This document shows, piece by piece, positions 26,476 to 37,600 of a stretch of 42,298 bases of DNA. The DNA is taken from the IMG/VR virus record IMGVR_UViG_3300046710_000057, positions 86,339-128,636 of that record, one strand, 5' to 3'. The notes beneath the pieces were generated by a model that had not been told where the DNA came from, did no database searches, and was given only the letters and a program-made list of their open reading frames with translations. The position numbers and the translations under genes were made by a program. The DNA comes from a virus. Within the stretch, counting starts at the first letter, position 1. Each line of letters begins with the position of its first letter.

Positions 26476-27429
26476 ATGATTACCCTTACAACTCCGATTT
26501 CTCAATCTAAGTCATACTGTTTCCATGACTACGCTCGTGGAATCTTCAACCTCGACTACCCCAAAGATCAACTCTACATTCTTTTCGTCGTTGATATGTT
26601 CGGCGAACAGGACGTTATGAAGAAGATCAAGTTATTCGAGGAAAGATGGCCTTATCCTGACAACGTTTTCTGTCTCCAGACATCAATCCAAGGCAACAAC
26701 ATTGTCAATTCTGATGCTGTCGATTGGAAGAAGAGAGCACAGATTGCTGCCGATCTTAGAGGAATGGCATTCGCCTATGCGCGTGGAAGACTAAGCGATA
26801 TGACGCATATCTTCTCAGTAGGCAGTGACATCATTCTTGCACCAGACAGTCTTCAAGACCTGCTCCTATTGAATGAGTGCCTCGGTTGTCATAGCGATTA
26901 CCCCAACCATCTGGTTTCTGGCCTGTATATGGCTCGTGGTAAACGATTACCATTATCGCTCCATTATGACGAGAAGACTCGTGATTGGGGTTATGATGAC
27001 ATCGACATTGAACGAGTAGACTCATTCAGGGCAGACTGGACTGGAATGGACGTAATGCTCATTGAACAGGCGGTCTACGAGACGGTTGACTTTGGCAAGT
27101 ATGACTTCAACAAGTACGGTCTCGGAGAAGATGGCTATTTCTGTATAGAGGCGCGGAACAAGGCGAATGCAGACCTTTGGATTCATTCTGGAGTTCGACC
27201 TATTCACGCACATAGTACCGGAGAGGGTATAGCCGCACGGCCACTTCCTCATCTGCGCATTGATCTGACCTGCCCATACTGCGGTTGGAAGTCAAGGATG
27301 GGGAAGGTCTATAAAGACGTTGAGGTTGCTTGTGGTGATTGCAAGAAGGTTTTCTGGGCCGACCCATTCTGGGCGGAGACTGCTTACTATGAATCCAAAA
27401 TCCCTGGCTACGGCCAACCACTAAAATAA
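26476..27429 (+). CDS. GT-A (GT2-like) glycosyltransferase with C-terminal zinc ribbon
   Basis: TPI....Y, LDYPK, HIFSVGSDII, VSGLY, TGMDVMLI..V, GEDGYFC and H motifs, then CPYCG...CGDC. SD AAGGAG at 26463 supports ATG 26476. Confidence 0.75.
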   Translation: MITLTTPISQSKSYCFHDYARGIFNLDYPKDQLYILFVVDMFGEQDVMKKIKLFEERWPYPDNVFCLQTSIQGNNIVNSDAVDWKKRAQIAADLRGMAFAYARGRLSDMTHIFSVGSDIILAPDSLQDLLLLNECLGCHSDYPNHLVSGLYMARGKRLPLSLHYDEKTRDWGYDDIDIERVDSFRADWTGMDVMLIEQAVYETVDFGKYDFNKYGLGEDGYFCIEARNKANADLWIHSGVRPIHAHSTGEGIAARPLPHLRIDLTCPYCGWKSRMGKVYKDVEVACGDCKKVFWADPFWAETAYYESKIPGYGQPLK

Positions 27430-27438
27430 CGGAGGTTC

Positions 27439-28323
27439 GTGATGTCGAAAGACAAGGAAACCCAAGAAGAAAGTAAGGCAACGGAGGAATTAAAGATTCC
27501 TAAAGTCAGAGACGCTGACGAAGTAACACCTGAAGCGGCTGATGAGATCGTTGAGGAGGTTCTTGACTATCAGGGTCGGCGAGCGGTTCCACTTCCTGAT
27601 GGAAGAACACTCTACATTCGGCTGCCTGACTCCGGCGAAGACCGAACTGCGGAAGAGATATACTCGAAGTGTCTCTTCAAATACAAGAAGGACGGAGTTC
27701 CGTTCATTGCCGGAATTGCTCAAATGGTTCTTGCCGAAGTTACTCATCCTGAAACATTCGGCAAAAGAGAGCGTCGAGTAATCAACGAGAAGGCTATCGA
27801 AGAGATAGTCGAGAAGCATAGAATAGAAATAGAGAGATGGGAAAAGGCGAAGAAGAAAGACCCTGAAATCGAAATCCCAGCAGAGCCGGATGTCCCTGAG
27901 CCTATCGTTGACGAGGGCAGTCCTTCTCTCAAGGAGATTCTGGACGGTCAAGAAAGTGGTCCGTTCTCCAAGACCAATCTGATCATGGCGTGTTTGGCTA
28001 ACACTGAATATGCCAACCTGGTTGTCCACTCAGCCGAATATATGGCTGGCCGTGAGCGGAGCCGGTACGTTGTCAGTCAGATCGTTGAGACTGTCAAGAC
28101 GGTCGAAGATGAGGGAGAAGCCAAGAGGCTTGAGTTTACATCGCTTTGGAAGCGACCGAAGGACCAGGACGCTGCTGAATCTATGAAGAGGATGCAGACT
28201 GAGAAGCCTGAGATCATTGGGTATCTTGAAGGGATGTATATTACATTCCAGCAAGAGGTACTCCAAAAGGATTTTTTGCAAAAGTTGTCAAGCGTTCAGA
28301 GCGATGGCGAATCCAAAAAATAA
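27439..28323 (+). CDS. tail assembly chaperone (short form)
   Basis: Acidic protein upstream of the TMP, with slippery T-TTT-TTG near its 3' end. Start is GTG 27439 or ATG 27442. Confidence 0.75.
   Translation: MMSKDKETQEESKATEELKIPKVRDADEVTPEAADEIVEEVLDYQGRRAVPLPDGRTLYIRLPDSGEDRTAEEIYSKCLFKYKKDGVPFIAGIAQMVLAEVTHPETFGKRERRVINEKAIEEIVEKHRIEIERWEKAKKKDPEIEIPAEPDVPEPIVDEGSPSLKEILDGQESGPFSKTNLIMACLANTEYANLVVHSAEYMAGRERSRYVVSQIVETVKTVEDEGEAKRLEFTSLWKRPKDQDAAESMKRMQTEKPEIIGYLEGMYITFQQEVLQKDFLQKLSSVQSDGESKK
28272..28278 (+). other. -1 programmed ribosomal frameshift heptamer T TTT TTG
   Basis: In-frame GAT TTT TTG. The -1 frame is open from here to 28631. Confidence 0.75.
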
Positions 28324-28631
28324 TTGCCAAGCGGCTTGACACTAATCCTTTGGACCCAAAGGTCAACAAACTCTATCACGACAAGTATGCTCGGTCTCTA
28401 GTCCTTATGGATTATCTCTACGATTCCTGGTTGGAGAAGAAGAGATTCGAGAGAGAGCAAGCGAGACTCGGTGGTAAACGAGTTGTTTCTTCATTCTCAG
28501 TTAATGAGGGTGACGACTTCGATGAGATGTTCGGTGGCGAAGAAAACGAACGCGATGACAATTTTGGTGTTTCAGACAACGCCAAAGAAATGGCGAAACG
28601 TTATGGCGTAGACGTAGGGGCTGATCTCTAA
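28275..28631 (+). CDS. tail assembly chaperone frameshift extension (G-T-like long form)
   Basis: The -1 frame reads FAKVVKRSERWRIQKIIAKRLDTNPLDPKVNKLY... and contains the listed 28350-28631 ORF, which lacks its own SD. Confidence 0.7.
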   Translation, partial: FAKVVKRSERWRIQKIIAKRLDTNPLDPKVNKLYHDKYARSLVLMDYLYDSWLEKKRFEREQARLGGKRVVSSFSVNEGDDFDEMFGGEENERDDNFGVSDNAKEMAKRYGVDVGADL

Positions 28632-31600
28632 TGTCGATGATGGACGATCTTACTTGGCGAATTGGTGTAATTCTTGATGCAAAACTCAAGAACATAGACT
28701 CAATTCGCCAAGAGTTTCAAGTAGCTGAAAAGGCTGCAACTAACCTGGAGGAACGAGTCAAGCAGGTTAGTGCCGCAGTTGACCGTCTGCACAGCCAAGG
28801 TTTTGGCGCTCAAAAGGGAATCAGCGAGGTCAGTTCAGCTATAGGCGTCCTCAAAAGCTACGGTGCTGAGATTCAGAACATTACGCAGCAACATAAAGTT
28901 GCCGAAGCATCCGCAAACCAACTCTTCAGCAAAATCACAGCAATGCAAAGTCGAGCAGGGAGTCTGACTGAGCGGCTTGCTGGCAAGCAAAACGAACAAC
29001 AGGTTGCTCTCGGAAACGCCAATGTCGCTAGAACACAAGGCGCATCTGCGGCTGTTATTGCTGGGTATCAAGTTGAAGCTGCTGCTGCTGGTCGATCTGC
29101 TGGCGGTCTTACGACGGCACTCAACAAACAAGAACAGCAGTTGGTTCGGTTGCGCCAAGAATATGCGCAAGTCGAAGGTCAAGTTGCTACATACAAAGAC
29201 CAAATGAAACAGGTCGAGAATGCAACAAAGACGATGAACTACGCTCCGTCTATTGTTACGTCGCCGCTCACCGGTTTGATAACAGACAATGAGAAAAAAA
29301 TCCCCATTCTCAGAAACCAGATGCGTAACATTGATGTAATCATAAAGAGATCACAAGCCAATGTTGCATCTGGCGCACTGAGTCAAGTCAATCCTGCTCT
29401 GTATGCCAGCAGAGCTAAAGCTGAAAACCAAATAGGTTTACTTCAGTTTGGCAAGAAATACAGTATGCCTGACCCTATGGCTCTTGTTCCTGCGAGCCAT
29501 CAAAATGCACCGTTCGGTCAGGATGTTGCTGCTGCTGCCACTCAAAGTCGTATGATCGACCAACAGATCGCTCAATTAAAGCGATTCGAGACACAGCAGA
29601 CTACTATCGGTATGCAGATGAGGCGTATTGGGAGTGACATTGGGTTCACAGCAATGCGGCTAAGTATGGTTACTGCTGGCATTGGAGCATTCTTCTACAC
29701 TGCTGCTACGCAAGCTGCCAACTTCGAGAAGAAAATGGCAGAAGTGAACTCCATCACGGACTATACGACGGAAGGATTCGCACAGGCCAAGACTGAAGTG
29801 ATGGACCTGTTTACGAACCTGCCTGTTAAGAACATTGACGACCTGACAAACGGCCTATACAACTTGATGTCGTCTGGCGTTAAAGCTGGCGACTCGATGA
29901 AGGTTCTTGAGTTGTCAGCGAAAGCCGCAATTGCTGGGCAGACAGACCTCGATACAGCATCTAAGGCTCTGATAGGAACGTTGAACGCCTTTGCTCTGCC
30001 GATGTCGGCAGCGAGCGATGTCCTCGATAAGCAATTCAAACTCGTCCAACTTGGCATTGGGCGTTACAAAGACTTCCAGCCAGTATTAGGCAAACTTGAA
30101 GTTACTGCCAAAGCAGCCGGTCAGTCTATTGCGACAACTTACGGCACTCTGGCTCAGTTGACTAGAATGGGATTTACACCACGTATGGGCGCGATGTCCG
30201 AACAGAGATTTATGGCTGATATGATCTCTAAGCGTGGCAAGATCAAAACTGAACTTGGTATTGATACTGTCGATGTCAACACCGGTAGGCCAAAAGAACT
30301 ATTGGTCTTCATGGCGGAATTGCAGAAGAGAGTCCAAGAGGGCAAAGTAAGTCTCGAAGGCATACAAAAAGCCCTTGGCAACATGAATAGCGTCAGATTC
30401 GTGCAAGCATTCTTGAGTCAGTTTGGTCAGTTCAAGGAACTCATCAACGAAACTGCAAACTCGGCAGGCGCTTGGGAGAGCGCATATAAGAAGGCCGTTG
30501 ATAATACGGCTGATCGTATACAGTTGTTAAAGAACCAATGGAATGCTGCAATGATTACTATAGGTGGTTCACCAGCAGTCAAGGCGGCAACTCTTGGTCT
30601 CATTACTGGTCTCAAGAGTGCTGTTGATTTCATGCGATCTGGCAACGGTGCGATTGCTAATTTTGCGGCGTCTATTCTTCTGATTACTGGTGGCTTTACA
30701 GGTTTAAGTGCGGCTGTGCTTACTGGGACTGCTGGCCTAGCACGATTCGTTGGTATGTTTGCTTCTGTTAAAGGTGCTGCTGCTACTCTTCAGATAGCCA
30801 AAATCGCATTTGGTCTCAGCAGTGTAGTCGGCGTTACAGATGTCGTGACAGGCAAAGTAATGGCAGCTAATGCAGGTCTGCAAGGTCTCGGACTGACTGC
30901 TGCTGGTACTGCTGGTGCTGTGAGTATGCTTAGAGTTGGCTTGGTAGCACTTGGCATAGCTTTGGTTGCATATGGCGTTAAGGCGTTCATTGACTATCTA
31001 ACGTCAGGCACGCGAGAAGCACTCAAACAGGCTGATGCTACAGCAGTATTGGCAGACAAGATACTCGCTCTCGGAGTAGTAACCGATAAATCTAGTGCGT
31101 CGTTCAAATCACAACAAGATGCAATGAACGATCTACGCAAGACGGTTCCTGAATTGGTTGCCCTCTATGACAGCGGAGCACTCTCTATGACAGAGTTTGG
31201 TCAGCGAGCAAAAGCTGCTGCTGCCGAAATGAAGCAACTTGCCAAAGAGAGACAATGGGGTGCTCCAGGTAGCAATGGAGATTGGAGAAACTCGATTGAA
31301 GGTTGGTGGAACCGAGGTATGTTGGGAGCACAAATGGAAGGGATTCCTGCTCCTGCGCCTGCTGAATTGCCAGAGACCGGCACAATATCGAAGGCAACTG
31401 CAAAGATTGGCATTCATGACACTCTGGTAGAGACCTACAAAGGGTTGAAGGATGCTGGAGATATACTCGGCAAAGCTCAAGACTCGTGGCAAAAAGCGTT
31501 AGAGAAGTCTGGCGGAAATACAAAAGCAGCCAAAGAATTGATGCAAAAAGAGGCTGACAAAGTACAGGACGAGATAAATGCTGTAAAAAACCGCATGATG

Positions 31601-34600
31601 ACTTATGATATGAGTCTTTATCCTTTCTATAAAGCTCCTCTGAAAAAAGAAGACACACAACAACTCAAGAATCTTCAGATTCAAAAGGCAGCCATAGAAA
31701 GCGGCGGTGGCATTAGTAAAGCAAACCTGACTGACATTATGACCCAGTATATTAGTCGTCAAGAAAACGACTTGACAGGGTTCTTTAAGGCTATGGGTAC
31801 GGATTACTCAACTATCCTACGTGACGTTATGGCTAATGTTGCCCCAGGCAAAGACATTCTTTCTGCTGCCGATTTGGTCGAGATCAAGAAGGCACTCATT
31901 GAGCGCCTGAAACAACTAGGAATGCCTGAACGAACCTTAAAGGCGCTTGCCAAAGACCTTGAGAAAGTCACCAAAGAAGAGCTTACGCGAACTGCCAACG
32001 CCAAGTCGCTTACGGCGATTATGGACACAATCACGAAAGAATGTGTCGATAATATTGCCAAAACTATTGCTGCGGCTGGCGAATTGGCTATTCAAGAGAT
32101 GCAAGGTAAGAACAAAGAGTTCTCGAAGGTTCTTGGCGAATCAGCGAAACAAGCCTCTGCTAAAGGTGGTACGATTTCTGATATAGTCGAATACGCTCAG
32201 GGTAGTAGTGTCAAGCCAGGAACCATTCCTCACAGAAGCGACGCTTGGATGCGTCAAGAAGCTAAGAAGACCGTTAATGCTGGTCTTACAAAAGAGAATC
32301 CTAGCATCATGGCCGGTGATATTGTTATCAATCTGAACACTGGAGCAAATGGGATTCGCCAATTGAACGGCAATATATTGACCAACAATGGTGAGACGAC
32401 CCTACAAGATTTGCTTGGAATGACTAAGGAAGGTGGATACAATCCTTACACGACTGTTCAGGGTGGTTTGAATGAAGGCACGTTCCTCCAAAAAGGTTAC
32501 GCTGGTATGGCACAAGCTATGCCTGAGAAGGACATAGAAGCTAGAAATATGAAAGCCACAGCGTATCTTAACACCATGCGCCAAATCAGGAAGGAATCCA
32601 GACAAGCTGAACTTGAAAGTCAAATGGCTGAAATGCGCAATGTTCCCTTCGGTGCGAACTATGATGCACGAAAGCAAGAGGCCGATTACCAGGCTCAAAG
32701 ACTTCAAATCAAAATGTCGCATGATATGGATGTCCAAGCTCGAAAGGAACAATTGGAGGACCAAAGGGTATCAGGCAAACTAGACGATGCGCAAATGGCT
32801 AAACTGAAGGCCGAAGCATCGAAGACCGAAATTGCAAAAGAAGCAGCAACCTATCAAGAATTGGAAACTCTCGCACGCGAACATGCTCGGACAATGATCA
32901 ATCTTGCGATGGACGAAGCTATGGCACGCGAGCAATACTTCAATGGACTTCAACAGACTCAGTTGAAGGCGGCTCAGGAGTATACCAACCTAACTGCAAG
33001 AACACAGGTCGAACAGGTTCAAGCTATTCGGCAGGGATACGAGGCTGAGCTTGGCGCTCTCAAAGTTGGTCTCAAACAACAATTGGTTGAGCGTGAGAAG
33101 ATGTACCAAGGCGGTAAGATTTCTCCGCAAGAGTACAAAGACGCCGGTAAGGGAATCCTCGATTCTTACAACAAGCAGATGGTCAACCTCTTCCTCAATA
33201 CAGAGAAGACTATTCGTGAGAAGATGGCTAACATCTACCAAGGGCAGAGCCAGTCTTATCTCGATGCAATGAGGGCTGTTCAGGCTTATAACCAGAAGGT
33301 AGCTGAGGTTTCAGGGGCCGGTGTCCAAACTCGTATTCAGTTGGCTCGTCAGGAAGGGGCTATCAAGATTGCTGCGTTGGACGAAGAACATAAGCACTTC
33401 CTTCAGACTGCTGATGATATGGGTAAGACCGATCAGGAACGAACAAACGAGTTCATCAAGTATGCTGCTGAAAGAAAGGCCGCTGCTCTGGATGCTATTC
33501 AAGCTGAAAGAGAACTCGCGCTCGGTGATTGGCAAAAACAAGCAGAGGCTTACAACGCCGCTCGAAAGTCAATGGCCGAAGCTCGTGCTTCAGTTCGTGA
33601 AGGTATGGGCGATTCTCCTGCTGCCGCTATGAGAAGCAAGTCGATGCAGGGTGCTCAAGGCGCTATGGGCGGATTGTACAATAGTAAAGCTGCCGGTGTC
33701 CAAGATGATCTACAACAGCGAATTGAAGACATCAGAATGGAACAAGAAGCCTGGAAAGCCAACGCTGCTGTTCATGGAACTACTGCCGCAGAAATGTCAG
33801 CGATGGACCAAAAGTTTGCCGCAGATCGCGTAAAAGCATTTGCTGATGCTGCTAAGTCTATGCGAGAATTAGCTGTCAATGAACTTGACGCATACGCTTC
33901 ATTCGTCCAAGATATTGGTGGCGCAAGTGCTTCTTCGATGTATGATATGGCAAAGCAGATGGACCCTATCCTCGAACAGATGGGCGTCTCTGCAATGGAC
34001 CGCGCAAAGCGTCTCAGTGGTGCTCTGAAGGAAGCTGTGGCATCAGATAAGTCAACCATCACTGGTATGATGGATATGCTTGATCTGCCGAAGGAAAAGA
34101 TTGTTCAGATACGACAGAATATGATTGACCACGGCTTCTTCTTTGGAGAGGAACAAAAACAGGCTGAGATGGAGAACATGAAGGACATGTTCGATCTCGC
34201 AGTTGGTTCTCAAAAGAGAATTGCTGAAGCTGGTGCGAATGCTATCGGCGAAGCATTCAAAGGACTCATCAAAGGCAACTTGAGTTTCGGCGAAGCCCTA
34301 CAGAAGATTTGGCAGGGATTCACTGATGCAGCCATTGACGAGTTTACCAATATCTACATCAAACAGCCTATGCGTGAAGCAATGCGGACACCACAAGAGA
34401 AGGCTATGGAAGCACAACTCATGCAGCTTTCAAGCAAGCCTTACGATCAAGAACGCAAAAACCTCATGGGAATGGTTGATGCAAAAGGTGGGTTCAAGGG
34501 TGCAGCAGACATTCAGATGCAAGCGGCTGTATTGTTCTCTCAATCTGTTGCTATGATGAATGCACTTAAAGCTCCGGTTCCGCCTGGGGCATTCAACCCA

Positions 34601-37600
34601 ACAGGACTGCCAACGATGCAATATGACCAGTGGGGCAACGTTATTCCGCCAAACGTTACTGTCCCTGGTCGGCCCACTGCTGCTCAGTATCCTCCGCAAC
34701 TGTCTACATTGCCAGAGGTTCCTGGCGGCGTTAAGGGGCTTGGTGTAATTCCGGCTGGTTACGCTATGGGTAAGACGATGTTTGGTGGAACTTCTTCTCG
34801 TGCCGCTAACTTGCCACCGTTGAATTGTGGTGCATATGCCGCTCAGAATATGCACGATCTTTATGGATGGGCAGGGCAGTCAACACGAGATTTGAGGAAT
34901 CCTAAACTTGCAACAAGGATTCAAAGTCCTTCAATCGAAGATATTCAACCTGGAATGATAGCTCACTGGCCCCCTGGAAGCAATCATGCGGCAGGACATT
35001 ATGCAGGAATCATGCGAGGTCCAGACGGCAAACTGTACTACAATGAGCAGTACAACCAGCGAGGGGATGCTGTCGCTAACGTCAGGAAGAATAGACCGGT
35101 CACTAGCGATATGCCTAATGAGGTCTACAGTCTTAGAGGCGTCAATCTCGGTAGAGATTGGATGCAGGGTCAAGGACCGGTCACTGGCGCACCGGCACTT
35201 GCTGGCGTTCAAGAGATTCCTAAGCATCTTCAGCTTAGCAATGTGCCTTATGACAAGTACATCATGGACGCAGCGAAGAAGTATAATCTCGACCCTAACC
35301 TGATTCGTGCTGTAGTGAAACAAGAGAGTCACTTTGACCCCAACGTAACCAGTTCTGCTGGCGCTGGAGGACTTATGCAGCTTATGCCTGGGACATTCAA
35401 GGGACTCGAAGGTCCAGGCCATGATGTGTTTGACCCCAAAACCAATATTGACGCTGGTTCCAAATATTTGGCCGAACTACAGAAGAAATATAACGGAGAC
35501 CTCGACAAAATGCTGGCTGGCTACAATGGTGGCCCTCGCGCTGTAAAAGCACTTGAAGCAGGTAGGACATGGCCTGGAGTCCAAAAGTACATAGATGAAG
35601 TTGAAGGGAAGAAAGCTGGCTTCGCGGCGATGGAAGACAAGGCCAAATCTAAGATCAAAGCTAAGCTGCCAACGGTTCAAAAGACGCCTGAAGAATTGCT
35701 GCAAGAACAAATGAAAGGTGAAGGCATCGGCAAAGCTGCCACACCTGACGTTACTGGTCTTGCTGATGCGTTCTTCCAGTCAATGACACAAGCTCTTCAA
35801 GATGCTAACTTGCCGACCAAAGATCAACTTGAGAATGCGATTGAGATTCTCCAGGGTATTCGAGAGAATATCACTGATATGGCTGACAAGACAACTGGCA
35901 TTTCTGAAGCAGACCGTAAGGCAGCTTGGGAAGGTCGTCATCCATTAACTGAACCGGCAAGACCTGATATGCAGCAAGCTCTTGGAACCGATACACTTGG
36001 GCAGTATGGAGCACTTCCTGCTGGCTGGACACGAGATCGAAATGGCATCATGGTTCCACCAGCAACGGCAGGACCGGCTGCGCCTTTCTTGACAGAACCT
36101 TTGCAAGCAGGTCCGCTTCAAGGTCCGATGTTGCCAACTACACCATCACAGTTGTTCCCTTCTTGGCTTACGTCGCCGACACAGCCTCAAGATATGTTGT
36201 TCCCTCCTTGGGGAGCCATGCAGCCGCCACAACAACAAGGTCCAATGCAGGCTGGACAAGTTACTGTTCAGACTGGACAAACTACCGTTGAGGGTCAGGT
36301 TGTAAACGAACCTGCTAAGCCGCAGGAACCTGGAATAGCTGGCGTTCCTGCCCCTGGTCAGCAGAGTATAGAAGCAACGGCGGCAGCACCTCAACAGATA
36401 ACTGCTACTGCCACTCAGCAGACAGCCGTTAATACCGCAGCAATGGCTCAGATGATGAGTCTGAACCCAGGTATACCTGGCGCTCAAGGTATACTTCCTG
36501 GTATGGGTATGGGCGGTCAGCCTTGTGGTGGATACGGCCAACCTCCTTGTCCTAGTGGTTACGGCCTGTCACAAGGTATGCCACAACAGGGAAATCCATA
36601 CCTTTCTGGTGGTGGACCTTTAGACGACAATGCTCAGAGTCTTCCATCGCAACTGACTGATCAAATGGGTAACGGTGGTTTTGGTAAAGGCAAGCAGGGC
36701 TTCGGCAAGAAGGGCGATGGTCAAGATAGTCTTGGTAAAATCAATGCTGCTGCTGGCAAATATGATGCTGCCGGTACTGGCATCAAGTCTGCCTGTGGGA
36801 GTCTAACCGGCGCTTGCTCGAAACTGAACAGTTCTGTCGGTGCTACTGGTTACAAAGTAGGTGGTGGTGCAGGTCAGCCTTGTGGTGGATTTGGACAGCC
36901 GCCTTGTCCTCCTGGCGTCGGTGGTGGTGCAGGCGGTTATGCTGGCTGGACACGAGATAGAAGCGGCAATATGATTCCACCAGAGAGACCACTGCTTCAG
37001 GAACCTGCTGGACCTTGGACTCCTGGTTTCAAATCAAACTTTACTGGGCCATTAAGCGTACAGCCGGAAATGCTTCCAGGTTTGATGAAGAAATACGAAG
37101 AATGGCAAAGAAAGATGTTCCCAGGATTTGAAGCACCTCCTGGGCCTGGGGCTGGTTTAGCAGTTCCATTGCAAGAATATCCGCTTGGACCTGATGCAAA
37201 CGCTGCCAGAAATGACAGAATCTATCAGACTCCTTGGGGCATGGCGACTCCAAATGAACTTGAAGGCAAGAACCCACTTGGTCAACCTATCCAGGCTCAA
37301 CAGGTTACAGTTCAAGCTGGACAAGCCACTGTTCAAGGTCCGGTTCAACAACAACCTACGCCTCAAGAACAGCAGCCGCCTGTTCCTGTGTCTCCTACTC
37401 AACAGGGTATAGGTGCTGCTGTAACTCCTGAACAACAGGCAGCAACGTTACAACAGATCGGCGAATCGCCGTCTCAGCAAGCGACTGCTGCTGCGACTCA
37501 ACAAACGGCCATCAATACAGGGGCAATGGCTCAGAATATAAGTATGATGGGCGGTCTTCCTGGTGCTCAGGGTATGGGCATGATGCCTGGTATGGGCGTT

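Noticed and set aside
26263-26476. -1 frameshift fusing the tail tube to the downstream GT (that frame is open from 26263)
   Set aside because: I found no slippery heptamer in the overlap, and the SD with ATG 26476 explains the GT.
28350-28631. Independent 93-aa gene
   Set aside because: It has a TTG start without an SD and is better explained as the -1 frameshift extension of the chaperone.
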